Shown: one piece after another, positions 1 through 14,200 of the stretch | How positions within the stretch are numbered: the first letter of the stretch is position 1 | Layout of the letters: each line of letters opens with the position of its first letter | Assembly: GCF_009914755.1 (NCBI RefSeq) | Contig: NC_060933.1 | Length of the DNA stretch: 64,000 nt | From: the human T2T-CHM13v2.0 reference genome, Homo sapiens | Strand: one strand, 5' to 3' | The notes under the pieces: model-generated | Seen by the model: only the letters and a program-made list of their open reading frames with translations | Databases searched by the model: none | What the model was told of the DNA's origin: nothing | Made by a program: the position numbers and the translations under genes

Positions 1-1500
1 TCAACCCGAGTGCAATGGAATGGAGAGGAATGGAATGGAATGGAATGGAAACTACACGAATGGAATGGAATGTAATGGAGTGTAAGGGAATTGAATAGAA
101 TGAATCCGAATGGAATGGAATGGAAAGGAATGGAATGGAATGGAATGGAATGGAATGGAATGCAATGCCATGGAATCAACCCGAGTGCAATCGAATGGAA
201 TCGAATGGAATGGAATGCAATGGAATTGATTCAACTTGAATGGAATGGAAAGAATGGAATCAACACGAGTGGAACGGCATGGATTGGAATGGAATGGAAT
301 GGAATCAACCCGAGTACAGGGGAATGGAATGGAATGGAATGCAATGGAATGGAATCATCCGTAATGGAATGGAAAGGAATGGAATGGAATGGAATGGAAT
401 GGAATGGAATGGAATGGAATGGAATCAACTCGATTGCAATCGAATGGAATGGAATGGAATTAACCCGAATAGAATGGAATGGAATGGAACGGAACGGAAC
501 GGAACGGAATGGAATGGAATGGAATGGAATGGAATGGAACGGAAAGGAATGGAATGGAACGGAATGGAATGGAATGGAATGGAATGGAATCAACGCGAGT
601 GCAGGGTAATGGAATGTAATGGAATGCAATGGAATGGAATCTTCCGGAATGGAATGGAATGGAATGGAATGGAATCAACCCGAGTGCAATGGAATGGAGT
701 GGAATGGAATGGAATGGAATGGAAGAACCCGAATGGAATGGAATGTAATGGAGAGTAAGGGAGTTGAATAGAATCATTCCGAATGTAATGGAATGGAATG
801 GAACGGAATGGAATTGAAAGGAATGGAATGGAATGCAATGGAATGGAATCAACCCGAGTGCAATGGAATGGAGAGGAATGGAATGGAATGGAATGGAAAC
901 TACCCGAATGGAATGTAATGTAATGGAGTGTAAGGGAATTGAATAGAATCAATCCGAATGTAATGGAATGGAATGGAACGGAATGGAATGGAATGGAATG
1001 GAATGGAATGGAATGGAATGAACCCGAGTGCAATCGAATGGAATCGAATGGAATGCAATGCAATGGAATGGATTCAACTTGAATGGAATGGAAAGAATGG
1101 AATCAACACGAGTGGAATGGCATGGATTGGAATGGAATGGAATGGAATCAACCCGAGTACAGGGGAATGGAATGGAATGGAATGCAATGGAATGGAGTCA
1201 CCCGTAATGGAATGGAAAGGAATGGAATGGAATGGAATGGAATGGAATGGAATGGAATGGAATGGAATCAACTCGATTGCAATCCAATGGAATGGAATGG
1301 AATTAACCCAAATAGAATGGAATGGAATGGAATGGAACGGAACGGAATGGAATGGAATGGAATGGAATGGATTGGAATGGAATGGAACGGAACGGAACGG
1401 AATGGAATGGAATGGAATGGAATGGAATGGAATCAACGCGAGTGCAGGGGAATGGAATGGAATGGAATGCAATGGAATGGAATCTTCCGGAATGGAATGG
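1..1500 (+). repeat. Direct repeat, copy 1 (~4.2-kb period; partner ~4210-5700)
   Basis: Rare variants shared at ~4.2-kb offset: ACTACACGAA (51/4260), TGCAATGCCA (161/4370), GCAGGGTAATGGAATGTAAT (601/4795). Spurious ORFs 52..234 and 4261..4443 differ at one residue. Confidence 0.85.
636..650. promoter_or_regulatory. Perfect 3-unit heat-shock element (representative of ~30 copies)
   Basis: gGAAt-cTTCc-gGAAt matches nGAAnnTTCnnGAAn. Also at 1479, 1584, 4830, 5663, 5887 and 8371, and as attccggaagattcc in the inverted block. Motif match only; binding not shown. Confidence 0.55.
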
Positions 1501-4209
1501 AATGGAATGGAATGGAATCAAATGGAATGGAATGGAATCAACGCGAGTGCAGGGGAATGGAATGGAATGGAATGCAATTGAATGGAATCTTCCGGAATGG
1601 AATGGGATGGAATGGAATGGAATGGAATGGAATGGAATCAACCCGAGTGCAATGGAATGGAGTGGAATGGAATGGAATGGAATGGAACAACCCGAATGGA
1701 ACGGAATGTAATGGAGAGTAAGGGAGTTGAATAGAATCAATCCGAATGTAATGGAATGGAATGGAACGGAATGGAATGGAATGGAATGGAATGGAATGCA
1801 ATGGAATGGAATCAACCCGAGTTCAATGGAATGGAGAGGAATGGAATGGAATGGAATGGAAACTACCCGAATGGAATGGAATGTAATGGAGTGTAAGGGA
1901 ATTGAATAGAATCAATCCGAATGTAATGGAATGGAATGGAACGGAATGGAATGGAATGGAATGCAATGGAATGGAATCAACCCGAGTGCAATCGAATGGA
2001 ATCGAATGGAATGGAATGCAATGGAATGGATTCAACTTGAATGGAATGGAAAGAATGGAATCAACACGAGTGGAATGGCATGGATTGGAATGGAATGGAT
2101 TGGAATCAACCCGAGTACAGGGGAATGGAATGGAATGGAATGGAATGGAATGGAATGGAATGGAATTGAATGGAATGGAATGCCTTCAAACCGAATGGAA
2201 TGGAAAGGAATGGAATCAACACGAGTGGAAAGGAATGGAATGGAAAGGAATGGTACGGAATAGAATGGAATGGAACGAACTGGAATGGAATGGAATGGAA
2301 TGGAATGGAATGGAATGGAATGGAATGGAATCGTTCCGAGTGGAATAGCTGGGAATGTATTCGAGTGGAATGGAAAGGAATGGAATCAACCAGAGTGGAA
2401 TGGAAGGGAATGGAATGGAATGGAAACTAATAGAATGGAATCAACCCGAGTGGAATGGAATGGAAAGGACTGGAGTGGAATGGAATGGAATGGAATGGAA
2501 TGGAATCAACTCGATTGTAAAGGAATGTATTGGAATGGAATGGAATGGAATGGAATGGAATGGAATTGACCCGAATACAATGGAATGGAATGGAATGGAA
2601 AGGAATGGAGTGGAATGGAATGGAATCAACCCGAGTGCAGGGGAATGGAATGGAATGGAATGCAATGGAATGGAATCATCCGGAATGGAATGGAATGGAA
2701 TGGAATGCAAAGCAATGGAATCAACTCGATTGCAATGGAATGGAATGGAATAGAATGGAATAGAATGGAATCAACCCGAGTGTAATGGAATGGAAAGGAC
2801 TGGAATGTAGTGGAATGGAATGGAATGGAATGGAATCAACTCGATTGGAATGGAATGGAATGGAATGGAATGGAATGGAATTAACCTGAATAGAATGGAA
2901 TGGAATGGAATGGAATGGAACGGAATGGAATGCAGTGGAATGGAATGGAATGGAATGGAATGGAATGGAATGGAATCAACCCGACTGCAGGGGAATGGAA
3001 TGGAATGGAATGGAATCATCCGGAACGGAATGGAATGGAATGGAATGGAATCAACTCGATGGCAATGGAATGGAATGGAATGGAATGGAATGGAATGGAA
3101 TCGAATGGAATGGAATGGAATTAACCGGAATAGAATGCAATGGAATGGAATGGAACGGAATGGAATGGAATGGAATGGAATGGAATCGAATGGAATCAAC
3201 CCGAGTGCAGGGGAATGGAATGGAATGGAATCCAATGGAATGGAATCATCCGGAATGGAATGGAATGGAATGGAATGCAATCAACCTGATGCAATGGAAT
3301 GGAGTGGAATGGAATGGAATGGAATGGAAACATCCCGAATGGAATGGAATGTAATGGAGTGTAAGGGAATTGAATAGAATCAATCCGAATGTAATGGAAT
3401 GGAATGGAATGGAATGGAATGGAATGGAATGGAATGGAATCAACCCGAGTGCAATGGAATGGATTCGAATGGATTGGAATGGAATGGATTCAATAAGAAT
3501 GGAATGGAAAGGAATGGAATCAACCCGAGTGTAATGGCATGGAATGGAACAGAATGGAATGGGATGGAATGGAATGGTACGGAATAGAATGGAATGGAAT
3601 GAAATGGAATGGAATGGAATGGAACGGAATGGAATGGAATGGAATGGAATGAACCCGTGTGCAATGGAATGGAATGGAATGGAATGGAATGGATTCAACT
3701 CGAATGGAATCAACTCGATTGCAATGGAATGGAATGGAATTGAAAGGAATAGAATGGAATCAACCCGAGTGGAATGGAATGGAAAGGACTGGAATGGAGT
3801 GGAATGGAATGGAATGGAATTAACCCGAATAGAATGAAATGGGACGGAATGGAATGGAATGTAATGGAATGGAATGGAATGGAATCAACCTGAGTGCAGG
3901 GGAATGGAATGGAATGGAATGCAATGGAATGGAATCATCCGGAATGGAATGGAATGGAATGGAATGGAATGGAATGGAATGGAATCAACTCGATTTCAAT
4001 GGAATGGAATGGAATAGAATGGAATGGAATTAACACGAATAGAATGGAATGGAATGGAATTGAATGGAACAGAAAGGAATGGAATGGAATGGAATGGAAT
4101 CAACCTAAGTGCAGGAGAATGGAATGGAATGGAATTCAATGGAATGGAATCATCCGGAATGGAATGGAATGGAATGGAATGGAATGGAATGGAATGGAAT
4201 TGAATGGAA

Positions 4210-5700
4210 TCAACCCGAGTGCAATGGAATGGAGAGGAATGGAATGGAATGGAATGGAAACTACACGAATGGAATGGAATGTAATGGAGTGTAAGGGAAT
4301 TGAATAGAATGAATCCGAATGGAATGGAATGGAAAGGAATGGAATGGAATGGAATGGAATGGAATGGAATGCAATGCCATGGAATCAACCCGAGTGCAAT
4401 CGAATGGAATCGAATGGAATGGAATGCAATGGAATGGATTCAACTTGAATGGAATGGAAAGAATGGAATCAACACGAGTGGAATGGCATGGATTGGAATG
4501 GAATGGAATAGAATCAACCCGAGTACAGGGGAATGGAATGGAATGGAATGCAATGGCATGGAATCATCCGTAATGGAATGGAAAGGAATGGAATGGAATG
4601 GAATGGAATGGAATGGAATGGAATGGAATCAATTCGATTGCAATCGAATGGAATGGAATGGAATTAACCCGAATAGAATGGAATGGAATGGAACGGAACG
4701 GAACGGAACGGAATGGAATGGAATGGAATGAAACGGAAAGGAATGGAATGGAACGGAATGGAATGGAATGGAATGGAATGGAATCAAAGCGAGTGCAGGG
4801 TAATGGAATGTAATGGAATGCAATGGAATGGAATCTTCCGGAATGGAATGGAATGGAATGGAATGGAATCAACCCGAGTGCAATGGAATGGAGTGGAATG
4901 GAATGGAATGGAATGGAACAACCCGAATGGAATGGAATGTAATGGAGAGTTAGGGAGTTGAATAGAATCAATCCGAATGTAATGGAATGGAATGGAATTG
5001 AATGGAATGCAATGGAATGCAATGGAATGGCATCAACCCGAGTGCAATGGAATGGAGAGGAATGGAATGGAATGGAATGGAAACTACCCGAATGGAATGG
5101 AATGTAATGGAGTGTAAGGGAATTGAATAGAATCAATCCGAATGTAATGGAATGGAATGGAACGGAATGGAATGGAATGGAATGGAATGGAATGGAATGG
5201 AATGCAATGGAATGGAATCAACCCGAGTGCAATCGAATGGAATCGAATGGAATGGAATGCAATGGAATGGATTCAACTTGAATGGAATGGAAAGAATGGA
5301 ATCAACACGAGTGGAATGGCATGGATTGGAATGGAGTGGAATGGAATCAACCCGAGTACAGGGGAATGGAATGGAATGGAATGCAATGGAATGGCATCAT
5401 CCGTAATGGAATGGAAAGGAATGCAATGGAATGGAATGGAATGGAATGGAATGGAATGGAATGGAATCAACTCGATTGCAATCGAATGGAATGGAATGGA
5501 ATTAACCCGAATAGAATGGAATGGAATGGAATGGAACGGAACGGAATGGAATGGAATGGAATGGAATGGAATGGAACGGAACGGAATGGAATGGAATGGA
5601 ATGGAATGAAATGGAATCAACGCGAGTGCAGCGGAATGGAATGGAATGGAATGCAATGGAATGGAATCTTCCGGAATGGAATGGAATTGAATGGGATGGA
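4210..5700 (+). repeat. Direct repeat, copy 2 of 1-1500
   Basis: Same word order and rare variants as 1-1500; offset drifts between ~4194 and 4209 through pentamer-count changes. Confidence 0.85.
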
Positions 5701-6494
5701 ATGGAATGGTAGGGAATAAACCCGAGTGCAATGGAATGGAGTGGAATGGAATGGAATGGAATGGAACAACCCGAATGGAAAGGAATGTAATGGAGACTAA
5801 GGGAGTTGAATAGAATCAATACGAATGTAATGGAATGGAATGGAACGGAATGGAATTGAATGAAATGGAATGGAATACAATGGAATGGAAACTTCCGGAA
5901 TGGAATGGAATGGAATGGAATGGAATGATATGCAATGGATTCAACTCGATTGCAATGGAATGGAATAGAACGGAATGGAATGGCATGGAATGGAATTAAT
6001 CCGAATAGAATGGAATTGAATGGAATGGGATTAACCTGAATAGAATGGAATGGAATGGAATGGAACGGAATGGAATGGAATGGAATGGAATGCAATGGAA
6101 TGGAATGGAACGGAATGGAATGGTATGGAATGGAATGGAATGGTACGGAGTAGAATGGAATGGAACGAATTGTAATGGAATGGAATTGAATGGAATGGAA
6201 TGGAATGGAATGGAATCAACGCGAGCGCAGGGGAATGTAATGGAACGGAATGCAATGGAATGGAATCATCCGGAATGGAATGGAATGGAATGGAATAGAA
6301 TGGAATGGAATGGAATCAACCCGAGTGCAATGGAATGGAGTGGAATGGAATGGAATGGAATGGAACAACCCGAATGGAATGGAATGTAATGGAGAGTAAG
6401 GGAGTTGAATAGAATCAATCGGAATGTAATGGAATGGAATGCAACGGAATGGAATGGAATGGAATGCAATGGAATGGAATGGAATGCAAAGGAA

Positions 6495-7888
6495 TGGAAT
6501 CAACCTGAGTGGAATGGCATGGAATGGAATGCAATGGAATGGAATGGAAAGAAATCAACTCGAGTGGAAAGGAATGGAATGGAATGGAAAGGAATGGAAT
6601 GAAATCAACTCGAGTGGAATGGAATGGAATGGATTGGAATGGATTGCAATGGAATGAAATGGAATGGAATGGAATGGAATCAATCATTCCGAGTGGAATG
6701 GAAGGGAATGTAATGGAGTGGAAAGAAGGGAATGGAATCAACCCGATTGGAATGCAAGGCAATGGAATGCAATGGAATGGAACGGAATGGAATGGAATAG
6801 AAGGTAATGGAATCAACACGAGTGCAGGGGAATGGAATGGAATGGAATGCAATGGAATGGAATCATCCAGAATGAAATGGAATGGAATGGAATCAACTCC
6901 ATTGCAATGGAATGGAATGGAGTGGAATGGAATGGAATAGAATGGAATGGAATTAACCCGTATAGAATGGAATGCAATAGAATGGAATGGAACGGAACCG
7001 AATGGATTGGAATGGAATGGAATGGAATCAACCTGAGTGCAGGGGAATGGAATGGAATGGAATGCAATGGAATGGAATCATCCGGAATGGAATGGAATGG
7101 AATGGAATGGAATCAAACCCAGTGCAATGGAATGGAGTGAAATGGAATGGAATGGAATGGAAACAACCAGAATGGATTGGAATATAATGGAGTGTTAGGG
7201 AATTGAATAGAATCAATCTGAATGTAATGAAATGGAGTGGAACGGAATGGAATGGAATGGAATGGAATCGAATGGAATGGAATGGAATGGAATGAACCTG
7301 AGTGGAATGGCATGGAATGGAATGCAATGGAATGGAATGGAATGGAATGGAATAGTTCGGAATAGAATGGATTGGAACAAAATGGAATGGAATGGAATGG
7401 AATGGAATGGAATGGAATGGAATAGAATGGAATGGAATGGAATCAAGTCGATTGCAGTGGAATAGAATGGAGTGGAATGGAATGGATTGCAATGGAATGG
7501 AATGGAATGGAATGGAATTAAATGGAATGGAAAGGAATGGAATCAACCCGAGTGCAGGGGAAAGGAATGGAATGGAATGCAATGGAATAGAATGGAATGG
7601 AATGGAATGGAATCAACCCGAGTGGAATGGCATGGAATGGAATGCAAAGGAATGGAATGGAACGGAATCAACTAGAGTGGAAAGGAATGGAATGGAATGG
7701 AAAGGAATGGAATGAAATCAACTCGAGTGGAATGGAATATAATGGAATGGATTGGAATGGATTGCAATGGAATGAAATGGAATGGAATGGAATGGAATCA
7801 ATCATTCCGAGTGGAATGGAAGGGAATGTAATGGAGTGGAAAGAAGGGAATGGAATCAACCCGAGTGGAATGCAAGGCAATGGAATGG
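6495..7888 (+). repeat. Dispersed ~280-bp duplication of a divergent module (6495-6770 and 7608-7888)
   Basis: Both contain CAATCATTCCGAGTGGAATGGAAGGGAATGTAATGGAGTGGAAAGAAGGGAATGG and GAATGCAAGGCAATGG; offset ~1113-1118. Confidence 0.85.
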
Positions 7889-8745
7889 AATGGAAAGGAA
7901 TGGAATGGAATCAACTCGATTGCAATCGCATGGAATGGAATGGAATGGAATGGAAAGGAATGGAATGGAATGAAATGGGATGGAATGGAATGCAATGGAA
8001 TGGAATCAACCCGAGTGCAATCGAATGGAATCGAATGGAATGGAATGCAATGGAATGGATTCAACTTGAATGGAATGGAAAGAATGGAATCAACACGAGT
8101 GGAATGGCATGGATTGGAATGGAATGGAATGGAATCAACCCGAGTACAGGGGAATGGAATGGAATGGAATGCAATGGAATGGAATCATCCGTAATGGAAA
8201 GGAAAGGAATGGAATGGAATGGAATGGAATGGAATGGAGTGGAATCAACTCGATTGCAATCGAATGGAATGGAATGGAATTAACCCGAATAGAATGGAAT
8301 GGAATGGAATGGAACGGAACGGAACGGAATGGAATGGAATGGAATGGAATGGAATGGAATGGAATGGAATGGAATCTTCCGGAATGGAATGGAATGGAAT
8401 GGAATCAACTCGAGTGCAATGGAGTGGAGTGGAATGGAATGGAATGGAATGGAACAACCTGAATGGAATCGAATGTAATGGAGAGTAAGGGAGTTGAATA
8501 GAATCAATCCAAATGTAATGGAATGGAATGGAACGGAATGGAATTGAATGGAATGGAATGGAATGCAATGGAATGGAATCAACCCGAGTGCAATGGAATG
8601 GAGAGGAGGGGAATGGAATGGAGTGGAAACTACCCGAATGGAATGGAATGTAATGGAGTGTAAGGGAATTGAATAGAATCAATCCGAATGTAATGGAATG
8701 GAATGGAACGGAATGGAATGGAATGGAATGGAATGGAAAGAAGGG

Positions 8746-8773
8746 AATGGAATCAACCCGAGTTGATTCCATT
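8746..8773. other. Satellite inversion breakpoint forming a 28-bp quasi-palindrome
   Basis: AATGGAATCAAC-CCGA-GTTGATTCCATT: 12-bp arms are exact reverse complements, centred on CG at 8759/8760, with one mismatched pair (8758/8761). GGAAT runs lie to the left and ATTCC runs to the right. Confidence 0.95.
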
Positions 8774-11232
8774 GCTTTGCATTCCGTTCCATTCCATTCC
8801 TTTTCATTGTATTCGGGTTAATTCCATTGCATTCCATTCCATTCCTTTCCATTCCATTCCATTCCATTACAATGGAGTTGATTCCATTCCATTCCATTCC
8901 ATTCCATTCCATTCCATTCTAGTCCTTTCCATTCCATTCCACTCGGGTTGATTCCATTCTATTAGTTTCCATTCCATTCCATTCCTTTCCATTGCACTCT
9001 GGTTGATTCCATTCCTTTCCATTTCACTCGAATACATTCCCTCCTATTCCACTCGGAACGATTCCATTCCATTCCATTCCATTCCATTCCATTCCATTCC
9101 AGTCCATTCCATTTCGTTCCATTCCATTCTATTCCGTACCATTCCATTCCATTCCATTCCATTGCATTCGATTCCATTCCACTCGTGTTGATTACATTCC
9201 TTTCCATTCCATTCAGTTTGAAGGCATTCCATTCCATTCAATTCCATTCCATTCCATTCCATTCCATTCCATTCCATTCCATTCCATTCCATTCCATTGT
9301 ACTCGGGTTGATTCCATTCCATTGCATTCTATTCCATTCCATTCCATTCCATTCCATTCCATTCAATTCCATTCCATTCCGGATGATTCCATTCCATTGC
9401 ATTCCATTCCATTCCATTCCCCTGCACTCGGGTTGATTACATTCCATTCCCTTCCCTTCCATTCCTTTCCATTCCATTCCATTCCATTCTATTCGGGTGA
9501 ATTCCATTCCATTCCATTCCATTCCATTCCATTCCATTGCAATCGAGTTGATTCCATTACATTCCATTCCATTCCGTTCCGGATGATTCCATTCCATTGC
9601 ATTCCATTCCATTCCATTCCCCTGCACTCGGGTTGATTCCATTCCATTCCATTCCATTCCATTCCATTCTATTCCATTCCGTTCCATTCCATTCCATTCC
9701 ATTCTATTCGGGTTAATTCCATTCCATTCCTTTCCATTCCATTCCAATCGAGTTAATTCCATTCCATTGCATTCCATTCCACTCCATTCCAGTCCTTTCC
9801 ATTCCATTCCACTCGGGTTGATTCCATTCTATTCCTTTCCATTCCATTCCATTGCAATCGAGTTGATTCCATTGCATTGCATTCCATTCCATTCCATTCC
9901 ATTCCGGATGATTCCATTCCATTGCATTCCATTCCATTCCATTCCCCTGCACTCGGGTTGATTCCATTCCATTCCACTCCATTCCGTTCCATTGCATTCC
10001 ATTCCATTGTATTCGGGTTAATTCCATTCCATTCCATTCCATTCCATTCCATTCCATTCCATTCCATTCCATTCCATTCCATTACAATCGAGTTGATTCC
10101 ATTCCATTCCATTCCATTCCATTATATTCCATTCCATTCCATTACATTCCATTCCATTCCTTTCCATTCCATTCCACTCGGGTTGATTCCATTCTATTAG
10201 TTTCCATTCCATTCCATTCCCTTCCATTCCACTCTGGTTGATTCCATTCCTTTCCATTCCACTCGAATACATTCCCTCCTATTCCCTCGGAACAATTCCA
10301 TTCCATTCCATTGCATTCTATTCCATTCCATTCCGTTCCATTCCATTCTATTCCATACCATTCCATTCCATTCCATTCCATTCCATTCCATTCCATTCCA
10401 TTCCACTCGTGTTGATTCCATTCCTTTCCATTCCATTCGGTTTGAAGCCATTCCATCCCATTCAATTCCATTCCATTCCTTTCCATTCCATTTCGGATCA
10501 TGCCATTCCATTGCTTTCCATTCCATTCCATTCCCCTGTACTCAGGTTTATTCCATTCCATTCCATTGCAATCTATGGCATTCCACTCGTGTTGATTCCA
10601 TTCTTTCCATTCCATTCTAGTTGAATCCATTCCATTGCATTCCATTCCATTCGATTCCATTCGATTGCACTCGGGTTGATTCCATTCCATTCCATTCCAT
10701 TCCATTCCATTCCATTCCATTCCGTTCCATTCCATTCCATTACTTTCGGATTGATTCTTTTTAACTCCCTTACTCTCCATTACATTCCATTCCATTCGGG
10801 TTCTTCCATTCCATTCCATTCCATTCCACTCCATTCCATTGCACTCGGGTTGATTCCATTCCATTGCATTCCATTCCATTCCATTCCATTCCATTCCATT
10901 CCGGATGATTCCATTCCATTGCATTCCGTTCTATTACATTCCCCTGCAATCGCGTTGATTCCATTCCATTCCATTCCATTCCATTCGATTCCATTCCATT
11001 CCAATTCGTTCCATTCCATTCTATTCCGTACCATTCCATTCCATTCCATAGCATTCCATTCCATTCCATTCCATTCCATTCCTTTCCATTCCGTTCTATT
11101 CCGTTCCATTCGATTCCATTCCATTCCATTCTATTAGGGTTAAATCCATTCCATTCCATTCCATTCCATTCTATTCCATTCCATTGCAATCGAGTTGAAT
11201 CCATTGCATTCCATTCCATTCCATTCCATTCC

Positions 11233-11247
11233 ATTCCGGAAGATTCC
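11233..11247. promoter_or_regulatory. Perfect 3-unit heat-shock element, inverted-block form
   Basis: aTTCc-gGAAg-aTTCc; recurs at e.g. 12291, 16706, 24386, 27646, 35223, 40342, 53421, 61783, 63521 and 63781. Confidence 0.55.
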
Positions 11248-14200
11248 ATTCCATTGCATTCCATTCCATTCCATTCCATTCCATTCCCCTGCACTCGCGT
11301 TGATTCCATTCCATTCAATTCCATTCCATGCCATTCCATTCCGTTCCGTTCCGTTCCATTCCATTCCATTCCATTCCATTCCGTTCCGTTCCATTCCATT
11401 CCATTCCATTCTATTCGGGTTAATTCCATTCCATTCCATTCGATTGCAATCGAGTTCATTCCATTCCATTCCATTCCATTCCATTCCATTCCATTCCTTT
11501 CCATTCCATTACTAATGATTCCATTCCATTGCATTCCATTCCATTCCATTCTCCTGTACTCGGGTTGATTCCATTCCATTCCATTCCATTCCATGCCATT
11601 CCACTCGTGTTGATTCCATTCTTTCCATTCCATTCAAGTTGAATCCATTCCATTGCATTCCATTCCATTCGATTCCATTCGATTGCACTCGGGTTGATTC
11701 CATTATATTGCATTCCATTCCATTCCATTCCATTCCATTCCATTGTACTCGGGTTGATTCCATTCCATTGCATTCCATTCCATTCCATTCCGTTCCATTC
11801 CATTCCATTACATTCGGGTTGATTCTATTCAACTCCCTTACTCTCCATTACGTTCCATTCCATTCGTGCTGTTCCATTCCATTCCATTCCATTCCACTCC
11901 ATTGCATTGCACTCGGGTTGATTCCAATCCATTCCATTCCATTCCATTCCATTCCGGATGATTCCATTCCATTGCATTCCGTTCCATTAAATTCGCCTGC
12001 ACTCGGGTTGATTCCATTCCATTCCATTCCATTCCATATCATTCCATTCGATTCCATTCCATTCCAATTCTTTCCATTCCATTCTATTCCGTACCATTCC
12101 ATTCCATTCCATACAATTCCATTCCATTCCTTTCCATTCCATTCCATTCCGTTCCGTTCCGTTCCGTTCCGTTCCATTCCATTCCATTCCATTCTATTCG
12201 GGTTAAATCCATTCCATTCCATTCCATTCTATTCCACTCCATTGCAATCGAGTTGAATCCATTGCATTCCATTCCATTCCATTCCAATCCATTCCGGAAG
12301 ATTCCATTCCATTGCATTCCATTCCATTCCATTCCCCTGCACTCGCGTTGAATCCATTCCATTCCATTCCATTCCATTCCATTCCATTCCATTCCATTCC
12401 TTTCCGTTCCATTGCATTCCATTCCATTCCATTCCCTTCCATTCCGTTCCGTTCCATTCCATTCCATTCCATTCTATTGGGGTTAATTCCATTCCATTCC
12501 ATTTGATTACAATCGAGTTGATTCCAATCCATTCCAATCCATTCCATTCCATTCCATTCCTTTCCATTCCATTACGGATGATTCCATTCCATTGCATTCC
12601 ATTCCATTCCATTCCCCTGTACTTGGGTTGATTCCATTCCATTCCATTCCAATCCATGCCATTCCACTCGTGTTGATTCCATTCTTTCCATTCCATTCAA
12701 GTTGAATCCATTCCATTGCATTCCATTCCATTCGATTCCATTCGATTGCACTCGGGTTGATTACATTCCATTGCATTCCATTCCATTCCATTCCATTCCA
12801 TTCCATTCTATTCCGTTCCATTCCATTCCATTACATTCGGATTGATTCTTTTCAACTCCCTTACTCTCCATTACATTCCATTCCATTCGGGTTGTTCCAT
12901 TCCATTCCATTGCATTCCACTCCATTCCATTGCACTCGGGTTGATTCCATTCCATTCCATTCCATTCCATTCCATTCCATTCCATTCCATTCCCCTGCAC
13001 TCGCGTTGATTCCATTCCATTCCATTCCATTCCATTCCATTCCTTTCCGTTCCATTCCATTCCATTCCATTCAATTCCGTTCCGTTCCATTCCATTCCAT
13101 TCCATTCTATTCGGGTTAATTCCATTCCATTCCATTCGATTGCAATCGAGTTGATTCCATTCTATTCCATTCTATTCCATTCCATTCCATTCCATTCCAT
13201 TCCATTCCTTTCCATTCCATTCCGGATGATTCCATTCCATTGCATTCCGTTCCATTACATTCCCCTGCACTCGGGTTGATTCCATTCCATTCCATTCCAT
13301 TCCATTCCATTCCATTCCATTCCATTCCAATTCTTTCCTTTCCATTCTATTCCGTACCATTCCATTCCATTCCATTCCATTCCATTTCATTCCATTCCAT
13401 TCTATTCCGTACCATTCCATTCCATCCCATTCCATTCCATTCCATTCCATGCCATTACACTCGGGTTCATTCCATTCCTTTCCATTCCATTCTTGTTGAA
13501 TCCATTCCATTCCATTCCATTCGATTCCATTCCATTGCACTCCGGTTGATTCCATTCCATTCCATTCCATTCGATTTCATTCCATACCATTCCATTACAT
13601 TCGGATTGATTCTATTCAATTCCCTTACACTCCATTACATTCCATTCCATTCGGGATGTTTCCATTCCATTCCACTCTATTCCATTGCATCGGGTTGATT
13701 CCATTCCATTCCATTCCATTCCATTCAATTCCATTCCATTCCATTCCATTCGATTCCGGATGATTCCATTCCATTGCATTCCATTCCATTCCATTCCCCT
13801 GCACTCGGGTTGATTACTTTCCATTCCCTCCCCTTCCATTCCTTTCCATTCCATTCCATTCCATTCTATTCGGGTGAATTCCATTCCATTCCATTCCATT
13901 CCATTCCATTCCATTCCATTCCATTCCATTTCATTCCATTCCATTCCATTGCAATCGAGTTGATTCAATTCCATTCCATTCCATTCCGTTCCAGATGATT
14001 CTATTCCATTGCATTCCATTCCATTCCATTCCCCTGCACTCGGGTTGATTCCTTTCCATTCCATTCCATTCCATTCCATTCTATTCCATTCCGTTCCATT
14101 CCATTCCATTTCATTCTATTTGGGTTAATTCCATTCCATTCCATTCCATTCCATTCCAATCGAGTTGATTCCATTCCATTCCATTCCATTCCACTCCATT

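Larger units (their letters stand above)
1..8760 (+). repeat. Human Satellite III (HSat3, B-type) array, G-rich strand (GGAAT)n on +
   Basis: Continuous GGAAT pentamers interrupted by CAACCCGAGT, CAACTCGATT, TAACCCGAAT and CATCCGGAAT words. This matches the classical SatIII consensus CAACCCGA(A/G)T(GGAAT)n. Confidence 0.96.

Noticed and set aside
745-790. GAGAGTAAGGGAGTTGAATAGAATCA word as a possible foreign insert or mobile element
   Set aside because: It keeps the 5-bp register, reads as degenerate pentamers, recurs dozens of times in a fixed context, and has no TSDs, terminal repeats or poly(A).
8746-8773. Junction hairpin as an intrinsic terminator or tRNA/miRNA-like gene
   Set aside because: There is no U-tract or cloverleaf, and the palindrome is fully explained by the inversion.
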